Positions 47,931 to 60,860 of a stretch of DNA of 64,000 nt are shown one piece after another. Under the pieces are notes generated by a model. It was not told the DNA's origin, made no database searches, and saw only the letters and a list, made by a program, of their open reading frames with translations. The number at the start of each line of letters is the position of its first letter. Within the stretch, counting starts at the first letter, position 1. The DNA is from Pavona decussata (lineage: Eukaryota): contig CDRNST010000079.1 of NCBI GenBank assembly GCA_977016875.1, positions 1,054,001 through 1,118,000 of the forward strand, read 5' to 3'. Made by a program: the position numbers and the translations under genes.

Positions 47931-48315
47931 CTGCATTAGCGTTTTTTTTTTTATGTTACATCAGACCGTGTGAAGTGGGTCACCCGCCAATCTGATGGAT
48001 AAAAAATTAGAGGCTGAGTTTCTGTGTTAGCGTTTTTTATGTTACATCAGACCGTATGAGGTGGGTCACCCGCCGTTGTGATGGATAAAAAATTAAAGCT
48101 GAGTTGCTGTATTAGCGTTTTTTTTTATGTTACATCAGACCGTATGAGGTGGGTCACCCGCCGTTCTGATGGATAAAAAATTAAAGGCTGAGTTGCTGTA
48201 TTAGCGTTTTTTTTATGTCACATCAGACCGTATGAGGTGTGTCACCCACCATTCTGATGGATAGAAATAATAAAGCGCTGAGCTGCTGTATTAGCGTTAT
48301 TTATTTTATGTTACA
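47931..48315. repeat. Tandem array of ~88-bp hairpin-forming units (about 4.3 copies)
   Basis: Unit starts near 47931, 48022, 48107, 48196 and 48286. Confidence 0.92.
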
Positions 48316-49939
48316 TGAGTTCATGACACCGACATCAACCATGACACTGGCTGTGCATTTTTTTTATTTAATTATTTTTACGAGTTTGCTTTATAGTCAC
48401 TTCCTTCATTACTTCACCAGCTGTATAGTTTCGAGTTTTTTATTGCTTGTTTGTAAAATACTGACCTTACTGATAAATTAAAGTGCTCTATATAATCCCC
48501 ACATAATGGTTTTTTGTCTGGTGTGAAAATAAATTTACAATTTGGACATTTTGAGCAAAAAGTGAATTTGCCGTGCCCCCTGTTCTGAAAGCGAAAATGG
48601 ATTGTTCCATTTCATCGTAAGTTCAGGAGTGAAATTTTGAGGGTCGCTCTCCTGAATATAAATGTTATGATGGCTACCCCCGGAACAATAACCCGGATGA
48701 TGTACAATGCAAGATCATATTAGTCAGGTTTATGTTAAGCTTGAATATTCAAAATTGTGATTGTCTAGACAAATGCTCTTCTGTGATAACTTACGTCTTC
48801 TTGGCTAAGCGAGCCTTACCTTGGTTCTGTCCCTTGTATTTCTTTTGTTTCAATGGCTACCATTTCGCATAATTAACACGCGCCAATTCCTTAGCAGAAC
48901 TTTTCGCATCTGTCTGGCCTCCCTTTCATTAGCGGCCCTTAGCAATTACTTCCTTTTATTCCTTGCTTTGCGCATCTTCCTTTTTTTCCTCTAATGAACT
49001 TCCACGCGACTTTCGTGGCATGATCGATCACAATTTCGGAAGGGCGCGCTTTCCTCCCGTTAAACAGAACCGTAATATAATTCCGCGATCGCGTTTCAAG
49101 ATGCTTGTATATGTGCCCGCGTTTCCACACAGCGATACTTATTATCCAAATTCGAATAGATAGCGGCTTATCGCAAAACAATAGGAACATAAGCTGGGAA
49201 TGTTTAATTCCGAAAGTGAATGTACAACTAGTAGATCTAAAGGCCGGTCTAAAGGATGGCAATAAGTTTCCGAGCTTTGTGCACAGGACGCAGAGGAGTC
49301 ACATCTGACAAAATTCAGGCTAATATTTTTTTCACCGTGCAATTTCAGCGAAATTCGCGAAAATCGATCTTGTTGATTCATTACAAAAGAAAGTACGTGG
49401 CCAAACAAAGCGTCATACGATCTTGGTATTTTGCCGACGCGTCCCTTTATATAAATCAAAGGTATATATACTTTTGATCTGCATGATCAACAATTGCATG
49501 GTACCTCTCATTAGACGGTACGTACATAAGCACCGGCATGCCACAGACTTATTTAATTGGAATTTATCCTCGCCATCTTCTTATATGAGGAGTAATGCGG
49601 TAATTTTGTATCGAGTTACGATATTCAAAAACACTGTCCAGATCGCAAAGAAAGAAGTGAGAATAACATGAACCGTTCTTTCTATGACATTTTGAATGAG
49701 ATTGCCGACGCCTCAAGGAACCACCAAGAAGTCGAACTTACAGTAGATCTAATCTGCGTCCCCTCATGGAACAACAACGCCGAAAGCGGGCCTGAAACTA
49801 AACTGATACAAGCACAACGGGTGCAGTCTCTGGTCCCTGAGTTTTGTCCTTCTAAGTGCAGCGAGTAGTAGAAAATTACTAATGTAAGGTGAAAGGACGC
49901 GGAATACTGCTACCAGGAAGAACGCAAAGGCCTAACACG

Positions 49940-52900
49940 CTAGTTTAAGTCCCAGTCCTGATTTTGCCAAAAAAGGGACGCGTCGTTGGCGGCCAGGAGG
50001 AGGAGGAACGACAGCAGCCGACTCGGGTGGAGAACCTGAAAGAACCAAGCAGTCTGGAGAAGAGGCTGAGGTGCAGGGTGGTGGAACAATGGCTGCAGGT
50101 ACTGTAGGGACAACATCAAGCGCAGGTTGCGGAACCGTGGGTTGTCCATAGGCGGGAGGCTGAGTAGCCACTAGAAAAGGTGCAGGGACAGTGGAGTGTC
50201 TTGGTGGTAGAATAACAGGGTCGGCGTCATCTTCAGAGTCAAATGGGGAGGCTTTGTGAAGGCCACGAAGGGGGCCCTGCGGAGACTGAGCCAAAACTGT
50301 CGGGGCCACTGTTTAACATTCAGACATGGGCACCACATTACGTTTGCTGCGAAACTGGGAGGTGGTGAACTTCCGGAGCTCACAAAAAAAGTCCTTGCGA
50401 ATGTTGACCACAAGGTACTTCTCACGGGCTTTCAATTTGTCTCTATCACCTTTCAAGAAGTCTGAGTCGCCGACAGAGACGGCAGCTGTGGGTAGCTTGG
50501 TACGGCAACGAACCTTAGACTTTGCACTGGGTGTGTGACTCTTCTGGCAGGAGTAATTCTGACTAATGATGAGTTGTCTGTCAACTATAGGTAGCTGTTC
50601 ACCAGTTAGCTGGTCGCGCTGATTCCAGACCTCCCGCGCCGAAAGGCCATCACGCCGGATGCAGGAGTTTGTATTTGCTGTAGCGAGCGCCAGAGTGACG
50701 ACAGACACAGGTCCTCCCTCAGGGGACAGGTTTAGGAGCTCTAAACCAAGCTCCTCAATGGCGCGTTCCGCGACAGGATTCTTGTTTGGATTCTTGACCC
50801 TGCCGATCTCCAAGGTAATGCCATGGCAATGGAGGATTGGGTCGGTGGCAAGTGCACAAAAACAAGGGGCAGGGTCAACACGGACTGTGGCCCGCCATCG
50901 TGTAAGGAACGCAGCTGAGAACATAAGACTATGAGGGCGTTGCGGAGATCCTCATGTTTCTCACTCTGGATAAGGGCGGTTAAAGTGTACGAGGAGACAG
51001 TCTCTCTTACTACGAGGATTAATGGTCGGTGGCGTCGGGAAACATCAGCAGCGAATGAAATGCCAATGGAGCTAGGTGCTTCCACGCTTGACTGGGGCTG
51101 GAATTGTTTAGGGATTGATTTCACTGATTCACAGGTGTGACAGGAGGAAGATACAAGGTCGATGGCTTTGTCAACGTCCAGAGCGAAGAAGTATCGGCTG
51201 AAGAGACGCTTCATTTGGTACTTTGACGGGTGACTAAACCGGATGTGAAGAGCTGTTAAAAGGCCGTCTAAGACAGAGCGAGGAACAACGGGGCGTTCAC
51301 GAGGGGGTTGGAAGGGTTGATGGTCTCGCACAACGAGGAGACCGTCAGCAGTGATTACGACATCCTTAAGGTAGCGTTTTACATCAATAGTTCTGGTGGC
51401 TTTCTTAGAGGGACGGGTACCTTGGCAAAGGTGAGAGTGTGTTCTCCAGAGGTGAGGGCACTCCAGCTGGGTAGCCTGCAAGGCAGCACGAGTAGTTGAA
51501 GGGCATCTTGACAGAGCCGTGAAGAACATCATTAACGGAGAGGCAGCGAACAACAGAATCTTCAAGTTCGATGATGAATTTGCAAATTTGGCAACTAGAG
51601 TCCAAACATTCCTTTGGGTTTTGGCTTGCATAATCAGAAGGTAGGTTCTCAACTCCGGCGATATGACGTATGTAGACAGAATAGCGGCTGACTGTTGACA
51701 GGAAGGTGGTGACTCTTGAACTGGTTGAGAATTCTCCTCTCTTGAGCTTTTAGTAATCCTGAACACAAGGTCTGCTATCGGTGAGTAACTCTGTTGTGTG
51801 TGGGGATTGAATGATATAGGAGGCGAAATGTTTAATTGCCGCACCAATAGCCAAGGCTTCAATCTCGCAAGGCAACCAAGTCACTTGATGCTTGCGAAGC
51901 TTGGCACTGAAGAATCCAGCTAAGAGCAGCGACCCATTTCAATGTACATATAGTGTGACGGCGATGCCTCTATTCTTGACAGAGCCGTCGGTCACTATCC
52001 ACAGGGAATCTTGGGGCTGGGGAATTGTGATGGTCCGGTGGTTTTCCAATGCACGTTGGGTGGTTTTTAAGGTCAGCAGCAATTCGTCGCACCACACAAT
52101 TTTTTCTCTGGATTCTTTCCCTGCAGTGGCTTGGTCCAAGGGATCAAGCAACTCCGCAAATCTTGGAAGCACACGGCTTAGAACTTTGTAGGCACCGACA
52201 AAGGAGCGGAGGCCTTGCACTGTTGAGGGAGGCTCCACGGAGGATAGTGCAGCCAATTTGTGGGAGCTAGCTTGCAGGGTGCCATTAGACCACACCCATC
52301 CCAGTACGATGGTCTTTCTTGGGCAGATGAAAGTTTTGGTTGCGGATAAGCGAAGCTTGTTTTTATGGAGTAGGGCAAGAACTCTCCTCAAATTGTCAAG
52401 GACTTCAATGGGGCTGTTTCCCCCAACAAAGAGGTCGTGGCAACACGGCCCTCTTGGATGAGGTCACCCAGAACTCGGGACATCAGTTCTTCAAGACAAG
52501 TTTCGGACCCGAGCATTCCCATGACAGAACGAGTGTAAACGCGGATGCCTTTAAATGGTGGCGAAACACCACAGTATTTCTTAGATGAATTGGCCAGGCG
52601 AATCTGATAGAAAGACTTCAGCAAATCAGTGATAACCATGAACTTCCACTTCCCTATTTCACGCAGCACACTGTCAACATTTGGCATTAAGGAGGGTTGA
52701 GGCTTAGTGTACTGTGCAACTTCTCCGGAGGATGTCACAAGCCTGCTACCGCCGTTGGGCTTCTTTAGAAAAAACGAACTGTTCAGGTACTCCACATGGA
52801 CGTTGACTTGCTCAGGTTTGGCAAAGACGCCGGCAGCTTCTAGCTCATCAAACTTGGCGTAATTCCTCAAGGGTATTTCTGTTGCACTGTGGGAACCGGC

Positions 52901-55080
52901 CTTTGCGCTGAGGAGGAAGGGCGGGGCCAATGTCGACAACAGCCTCAATTTTGCCGCTTGCACCATTGTATTTAGAGATGGAGGGGTTGAACACATCATA
53001 AAACTAAGGGTTGAGAGGTATGAATTTGTCACGAGTGTGCTGATCGAGGCACCCATCAAGATCAACGATCCCACAGGGTGAATAGGGCTTGCAGGTGGTT
53101 GGAGGAGGAGAGACAGCACTGCATGTGATGGGAGGAGAAGTGGAGGTGGAGGCTTCGATGGGTAGAATGTGTCGAACCTGGCATAACTGCTCACCGCTCT
53201 TCAGAAAAATGAGGGAGTCTGTCATGTTGGAGACCCTTAGGGCATGATCTACGGATTGGATTTGCTGGGGAGGAGGCCACGCATCTCCTGGTTTACGTGG
53301 CATGTTAGAAGCACAGTCTAGCCGGGGCTCAAGGGCCCACAAGGGTGTCGGAGTCAGCGTCAGAAGGGGTACTGAAGTGGACATACTCCCCTGGCAAAAC
53401 AACTGTGCGGATTGGGTTGTGTAGCAGGAAGGATTGTGTACGCCGCACATTGGGTTGACGTGTATGCCTGGAGGGTGAGCTGTAGCTGATAATTCTGGCT
53501 CCACCTATCTCAATCTGACGTTTGGCAGGGCGAACACCAATGTCGTTGCGGACCAAGAGGGGGTTGCCGGCCAGGATATCGACGTCTAGCTGACGAACGA
53601 CAAGGGCATCTAATTCAAATGTCCACTCTCCACGGGTAAGGGAGCAGCGGACCTCGCCAATGACATCCATTGGGGTAACTCCATCAGCCTGACAAGCCAT
53701 TTGGGAGGCCGGGGTTATGGGGAAACCATACAGCTTGACAGAGGAGGCGCGGACCATGTTGGACGTTGCACCGGTGTCCAGGGTCAGCTGCACTGGCTGT
53801 TCGTGATAAAAGATGTTAAGGACAGGTGATTGGACTATGCTCACACGAAGGGCTGCTGGCTCTTCACCCTGCGCTGGTGGGACTGCAAGGTTACTGCTCT
53901 CATCCAAGGGCTCGTACTCCTGAGCACCGAGGTCGTCAGGGTCATCCATCACCATGCGTGACCGAGCCCATGGTCGACGGTCACGGTCAGGCAAGTAACG
54001 ACAATCCATCGGGTTGTGAGTGTTATGTGGGCGACCGGCTGTTTCTGCAGAGGATGCAGGACAAGAAGGGGCGTCGTCGAGGTTGGCCCTGACAACTATT
54101 AGGGGGGCGCCGTGGTGTGGTACTGCCAATACGCATGGCTTTGGTATCTTCAATGCTACGTAACTCATCAAGGAGAGATCCAAGAGCTTGAGAGATCTCA
54201 GGTTTGAGGGAAGCCAGGGTCTTATTGCGTAATTCAGAACCGTAATTTTGGTCACTAAGAGAGGTACGCCTGGATGTATCAACTGGAGCCAGAGGACAAC
54301 AACAGTGTTCTCTAGTGTGGGGGAGAGGTCTTCATCGGCAGTTACCTGGTTTCCATGGTGTGTTAAGCCGCCATGAACAGAAAGGAGGTTATCCTCAGAG
54401 AAGCCATAAGACGCTGAAACAGGTGCTCGGGTCTCTCATCTGGCTGTAGGTGTATACTAGCCAAGTCAAGAAAGTGCGCTCCGGTGGACTGGAAACCTTA
54501 ATGTTGACGGATTTTCTGTCAAATGTCGTTCAGGGAAGTTGAGTATTTAACGAAAGAATTCTTAGAGATTACAGGACAGAAGTTGGCTATTTGGCCGAGT
54601 AGTAGGTCCAGATAGGCGTTCTTTTGGGCGGCCGTGGGTCGCTGAGCTTCAGGAACCGCAGTGCCACCGTCGGTTAGGCCCCTACGTGGATTGATCGAGG
54701 AAGGGAACAAAGTTCTTGTCTAGAGAAAGAACATAGATCAAGTTCTGCCGCCAACGTTCGTACGAAGTAATCGTCTCGATCTTTGTTAGCTGCCACTGTT
54801 TGGGTGCTCGAGGCGAGGCGGCCATGTTGGAAAGTTCACAAATCGCTCACCCGAAAAAACGAATTTGTCACCTTGTTATGGAGTAGATGTCGCAGGATCC
54901 GAAGTCCACACTAGTTTTAGGGAATTCGAGGCGTGGGTTAAGCGCTGCCACCACGCCAATAAGGAGGAAACACTGCGTTAACTCGAAGGTTTATTATACG
55001 ACAACTCGGATCAATGGCGAGCACATGGAACAGACAACGTACAGACACGCGTGCGCAGTGCTGACAACCGCTGGGTACAA
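49940..55080 (-). mobile_element. Decayed Ty3/Gypsy-type LTR retrotransposon (same sense as host gene; no 3' LTR found)
   Basis: Gag [29 protein letters not shown] from 54825; protease LDTGA; [11 protein letters not shown]; RH IVTDGS; integrase H..H/CHTC and VAERAIEEL; many frameshifts; a ~10-nt deletion near 52438 breaks the RT DD motif. Confidence 0.9.
54943..54953 (-). promoter_or_regulatory. Primer-binding site of the Gypsy element (tRNA-Leu type)
   Basis: TGGTGGCAGCG is complementary to the tRNA-Leu 3' end CGCUGCCACCA; lies just upstream of gag and next to an AATAAA-containing LTR-like segment. Confidence 0.7.
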
Positions 55081-56023
55081 TGTAAATAATGTAGTGGCGC
55101 TGCACGTATTTCTTGCGGGTGTTTTGTTGTTCACACCCTTACGGGAACGTGATTTGTATTGTAAAAGTTATGTATAAATAAGTTCCCCATGTAATCTTGC
55201 TCCATACTCCCTGCTGAAGTTATCAGACGAAACCGGTCAGAGAATAAACCTTAAGTCAACAAGATTTCGTTGCTGTGTGCTGCTCACTAGTACCTTGTTA
55301 AAACAATTGTTTTTTGAACAAGGCTGTCAGAAGAATACATAACATCTCTTCCACTAGTGCTTTTATTATCGAAATGAATAATTTTGGAAAAATTTTCTCA
55401 TCAAAAGGGAAAAATCAAATTACCATACATGTGTATTTTGTAGGAATAATCGAATACAACAGAAGTTATGTCACAAGCCCTAATAAAACATATTTGCTCT
55501 TCTAGTAGGTTGCCAGAGATAAGGCCATTATGATATACAGGCTTTATACAAAGTCAAGCCAGGCCCCCTAATTCGATTCACAGGCTTTTTACAGACTCAA
55601 GCCAGGCCCTCTTCTTTGATTTACAGGCTTTTTACAGAGTCAAGCCCTAGAAGACAAAAATAGCTGGTTCTGCATACGTCAGTTCAGTTTATGACGTCAT
55701 CACTCTACGTTGCAAACCTCAAAAGAGACATTTTCGGACGTACTAATTATCCCCCAAGTCTCACTGTCATAGCTTTTAGTTTACTTGCGAAGTTATGGAG
55801 GGAAAGTGGGGGGCTGAATGCGCAGCCCGTCCCCCCCCCCCTCCCTTTCCCTGACCCTTCGGCCCCAGAAGACAAAAATAGCTGGTTCTGCATACGTCAG
55901 TTCAGTTTCTAACTAAACAGATTAATATACCGAAGCATTCGAGCAGCTTTAATGAAATTGTAGTCGAAGCCATGTGTTAAAATAATCTGTGCATTTAAAT
56001 AATTTAAGTTGAGAGACACTTAC

Positions 56024-56026
56024 CAC
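56024..56026 (-). CDS. Candidate 3-nt microexon (GTG)
   Basis: CTGATTAAT, long (TTTC)n/T tract, ttcag|GTG|gtaagt. Confidence 0.45.
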
Positions 56027-57495
56027 CTGAATTGTCCCCAAGAATCAGCAAAAAAATTCAAATAAAGAAAGAAAGAAAGAAAGAAAGAAAATTAATCAGT
56101 AAGGATAACTTAGTTTATTGTATTGACAGTAAACATGATGCTGCTGTTTCATAGGCTTTGCCGCAAATCACCTTTTTTGCTTTACTGAGCTGATCTATCC
56201 ACTTTGCTCCATCAAAAAGTTTCATTTTGTCTGAGCCACGCTTGACCTTAGAACTGAGAAAACCTTTGGGAAGCTAAGGTGTATGTCATTGTATATTGAC
56301 TGGGTGGTATGTTATAACCACTTTAAAATTTAGAAAACTGAAGGCGTCAAATACCAATAGCTAGATTAAGTCAAGCGTATTTGACAGGGTATTGTGGTAG
56401 TTCAATTTCGGAGTGCAGAAAACATGATGAGGACTTTTGATGTGACTACAACACGTGTGGAGGACTGAGCTCTTTGAATGATTCATAAGTAATATGCTTT
56501 GGGAAAAAGGATCCAGCATGTTATCACATTAAAAACAGCACATCGATTAGAAAATTTGACTCTACGCTTCCTTACTGAGTGATCAGACAGACTTGGTTGC
56601 TTGTTACTGCTTTTTCTGGTTATTATCAACTTTTAAGTTGAAACATCACACTGATTTCATGCATGATTTTCTGCGAGCTACGCTGCTACAGCCACTCTCA
56701 GTTTACATACCAGCACACGGAGCAGCATACAGTACAACCAGAAGGGAAAGTAGAACATTCATCTTAACCTAAAGTTGATATCAATAAAGGAGTTGAAACA
56801 GGCAGTTGAATGCAATTTAGCTCGGATACGTAGACTCATACTGCATGAAGTTAAGAGAATAATGATAAGAATAATTACAACAATTAATCCGACACGATAA
56901 AGTGCGATACGTATAATGCAACACAGTTCAAACAGTGTAATGTAACAAAATATAACGCTGTACAACATCTTCAGGAGTGTTCGGATAATACAAAAACTCA
57001 GCCTTATGCAATACAATACAACGGGCACAGGAATATAGTTATTCGATCGTAAACTGATTCAACTATAAAATTATTCAAAAGAGCACTTAACCAGTATTAT
57101 TTTGCTCAGTATTAATCTCCGCCACACCGACCTTTGTGACATCTATATTACTTTAGCGTTCCTCGTTTCCTCTCTTGTATTATATTTTCTTTTTTATCTT
57201 AGGAATAAAAAACTGTAATTTACTTCAAAAGGGCATAATTATAATAATTATAACTATATCTTGCCCTTCTCCATTTTTTTCGTTGTTTTAAGTTATAAAA
57301 CTGTTGTATTTTAACATGAAATGGAGGAAAAATACAAATACAAATACGAACGTCGAAGGAAAACGTGCCAAGCCCAAAGAACGTATCCGCAGGAGGCTAA
57401 AAACAGTACAGCACAATGCAAACCCATGTAGGTAATAAATTCAACTACAAACAATAAATACAAAGCACAAAGTGTAAAATAAAAATTAAGTTTAC

Positions 57496-57520
57496 CATGT
57501 ACCGCAGGGACGTCTCCAGT
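57496..57520 (-). CDS. Candidate 25-nt exon
   Basis: tctttcactcttctttttag|ACTGGAGACGTCCCTGCGGTACATG|gtaaac; GC-rich island in AT-rich DNA; frame uncertain. Confidence 0.45.
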
Positions 57521-59603
57521 CTAAAAAGAAGAGTGAAAGATCCAGTTACATAACAGAAGCGTACTATATCTTATGTGTAAAGCTTACAAATTTAAATAGA
57601 ATAAAATGACATTTTCTTATCTGACAAATTTACTGGTTCGTCTTATATACTATATTTGGTAAATGATTAATGGAGAATAAGAAGACAAAATTTTGAGGTC
57701 CAAATTTCACGTTTGGGAATTTGTTAATAAGATTTTCATCTGGCGGCTCTCCATTTTTTTTTCTGCAAACACTGAGCTAATTCCTTTTTTCTATTATCAT
57801 TCCTTAAATATGCCTGCATCGAAAATATATTTAAGGAAACAACGGGAGAAGTCTTCAAGCTATTTCTTCTGAAATCCTTTACTGTTAAAAAAAAAAACAC
57901 ATACCAGACAAGTGCGAAACTAAGACAAAATGAGGTAACTCATGCATAATTCATTCTCTACATTAAACGAGTAGTGCATTTTGACAGGAAAATCAATTCA
58001 GCTTGGTGTCTTTACCCAGATCAAGAAAAATGTTTCATCGACTTAACATTTGTGTAAACATCCTCTATATCACTTACCTTTAGCTAGTATTACGTTTAAT
58101 TACTTAACAGCTAGAGGTTGGGTAATTGATCAAAACAGTTTCTCTGAATTAAAAGACTAATTAATTTATGTGTACTTTGGTCATTTTGAACGACAACTCG
58201 AAGAAATTACTACGATTATCTAATACCTTTTCTGTAAAACGAAGCTTTAAGCCACGAAAACTCTCCAATTTGGCTCAGCCTATCTCTACGAAAAGAAGTT
58301 CGACGTTAGTCTTCGTCAACAACTGCTATTTTGTCAACCTCTCCTACAAAGCCCTTTCAATATGTTCCAGTTTTGTTTTACTTTGTATTTTAAGCCCCTG
58401 GAAAATGAATGGCAAGAGGCAACATGATAAGGACATGAATAACACACATTTTAACATTATAGTTAAATATGAGCATTTACTCTCCCTCTCTTGAGGAATT
58501 AAAAAAAAAGAAAGGGAATTCAAAAAGCTAACAAGAAAATTCAGCAAACTGACCCAAATGATCTCTAGCGAGCGGGGCAAAAAGAGCGAAGCGTTTGTAT
58601 AATTATATTCATTGCATCTATTTAGAAATTGACAGAAAAAATTTTCAAAACCTGTAATTGTCATCTTCGTTCGCAAATAAAGAGGAGAGCATAGTGCATG
58701 TAAATAATAATTCTACCCAACTATTTCAACCAGAAATCAATATTGTTTATTGGAAGTTTTTCACCGTAAAAACATTTACTTAAGAAAGGCATACATTATC
58801 ATTTGACAGCTTGAGGTTTCCTATTTATCTTTTTCTCTCTTGCAAAATAAACTTGTCTTCTTTGTCGCTTTCCCAGAAAAGACTGAGAAATTATTAACCG
58901 TTAATCAATCTTATGCGTACTTTATTTCTGAACAAGGAAACTCTAAACCAGAAAAGATCTAAAAATCGTGGTATCTAAAAAAAAAAAAAAAGGAATTATA
59001 GCATGAAAGAATTAAGATATTAAAGAATTTGACGCCCCCCCCCCCCACCCGTCAAAACTTTACCACACATGATTAACATATTCTAGAATGCATCTTCATT
59101 CAGTTTGTTAAGAAAAAAGCAAGACAATAATCAATCTCATACCTAACTTTAACCACCAAATTAATGAACTATTTTATTTTGAATTTGTCTAAAGAAGGGT
59201 AGAACTATCTCAGAAGGTGCACAGAAAAATGATTTTAACAGCTTGAGTTGCATAAAATATCTGTCTTCTCTACAAAATCAATTTAAGTTTTCTTTCCCAT
59301 CGTTTGAATACAAAAATACTGCGAAATGACCCGTTACCTTTTATCTGCACACGTTTACGTGAGACGAAAGGAAATCGAAAGCCAGAAAAAAGTCCGGATT
59401 TGGCTCCACCAGAAAAAATAAAACCAGGCGTCAGCCTTCATTAAAATTTCTTATTTAAGTCTTAAAGCAAATTACGAATGCATTTGATCTACATTTTTCA
59501 GCACTGCTATAGCATAATTATGTCATTCTATTTTCTTGTGTATAAGGCCTCAAGACAATGTAGATGACATGAAAAGAGAAGCATACAACAATGGAAACAT
59601 TAC

Positions 59604-59726
59604 CTTTCTTTCTTTCGTTTCAATCCCAAGCAATTGTCTTCAGTTTCCAATACGATAATGGCGACCAAACAAAACACTCCCGTTAATCGAGGACGATAAA
59701 ACTGCTCTGAAACCGGCTGTATTCAT
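59604..59726 (-). other. Candidate first coding (signal peptide) exon with an apparent frameshift
   Basis: ctcag|ATG AAT ACA (MNTAGFRAVLSS); the +1 frame reads LTGVFCLVAIIVLETEDNCLGLKRKKE; donor AAG|gtaatg; the ATG frame stops after 28 codons. Confidence 0.35.
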
Positions 59727-60281
59727 CTGAGTAATAATGACAGTTAGAAACCTATAACGCATGAGATGTTTTTCCTGTAATCAATTATTAATGCTATAAA
59801 AAAAAAAAAAACTATTCCGGAGAATTAAGCCATCTGTCTCGAGATGGTTTAATTATTCTACCTTTTAAAAGTTCTTGGTTTGAATTATTTGGATGGAAAC
59901 GAGCTGCAAATAGTTCTAAAACATTGTACGGATCTAACAATCTAAAATATTGATCTCCTGTAGGAGTTAGGGATCGTGAGAAAGGGCCGACGTTCATCCA
60001 CAGGATATTCTAATTGAGAATTCTCCCGTGAATAAACTAAACCAGAAATTTACTATAACTTTTGACATAACTGTCAAAATTGGTTGTCGTTGCCATGCTA
60101 TCGCAATCGGTTTAACGAGAAATGTACTTGAATATTATTCAAACAACATCCATCTAGGACAATTTCGTAAAGATTCCGCACAACTTCCGTTTACTATTGA
60201 AATGAAACTAAGACATTTGTAAACTAACTCTCACAACGGCGGGATCAGCAAGCATAAATATTCAACCCGGAAGTAATTGCT

Positions 60282-60860
60282 GCGAAAACACCATATGGTT
60301 CTCCAAGATATCATGCACACGTGTCACTTCGCGAAAATGCGATGTTTTATGTAGATTTATTGTTTGATATATAAAAAATAATGGCCAACTAATCTCCAAC
60401 CGCCACATCATGTTTGCATGTGAAGTGAGGCCTCCGGTAAGTTAACGAATCAGGTAGCTTTCAAAAGTCCCACGCACACAGACACACAAACAGACATTTT
60501 AAGCGAAAAAAGTCAAAGTGAAAACTACTTGAGAAACAATGTTTAAAATATTGGTCCAGTATGATAATTTGGCAGGTGGATAATCGTGTAAGATATATTT
60601 TGTAATTCCAAGACATATAATACTTCCTGTCTGGTTTCTTCTGTAAAAAACAAAAATACGCGTTCCTCTCAATTGTTTCTATAACTTTCTCACTGGCCCC
60701 TGTAGTAAAGGCAAGCCTGAATGGCATACGTATGAATAATCAATACAAAAGAAAACTTTCAAAGTTGGTGCGAAAACACCAGACGGTTTTCCAAGTTACC
60801 ACGCGGCAGATGTGTCAATTGCCCAAAATGCGAAATTTGCGTAGATTTATTGCTTAATAT
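60282..60860. repeat. Diverged ~90-bp direct repeat pair
   Basis: GCGAAAACACCA.A.GGTT.TCCAAG...GTAGATTTATTG at ~60282 and ~60770. Confidence 0.65.

Noticed and set aside
47931-48315. CRISPR-like look of the regular palindromic repeats
   Set aside because: No unique spacers, no cas genes, eukaryotic context; it is a tandem array
48500-49940. 3' LTR for the Gypsy element
   Set aside because: No match to the LTR-like segment at 54954-55080 was found downstream of the integrase
55535-55910. Short ~42-bp tandem repeats and a ~43-bp direct repeat around a MITE fragment
   Set aside because: Looks like ordinary local slippage or repair duplication with no sign of function
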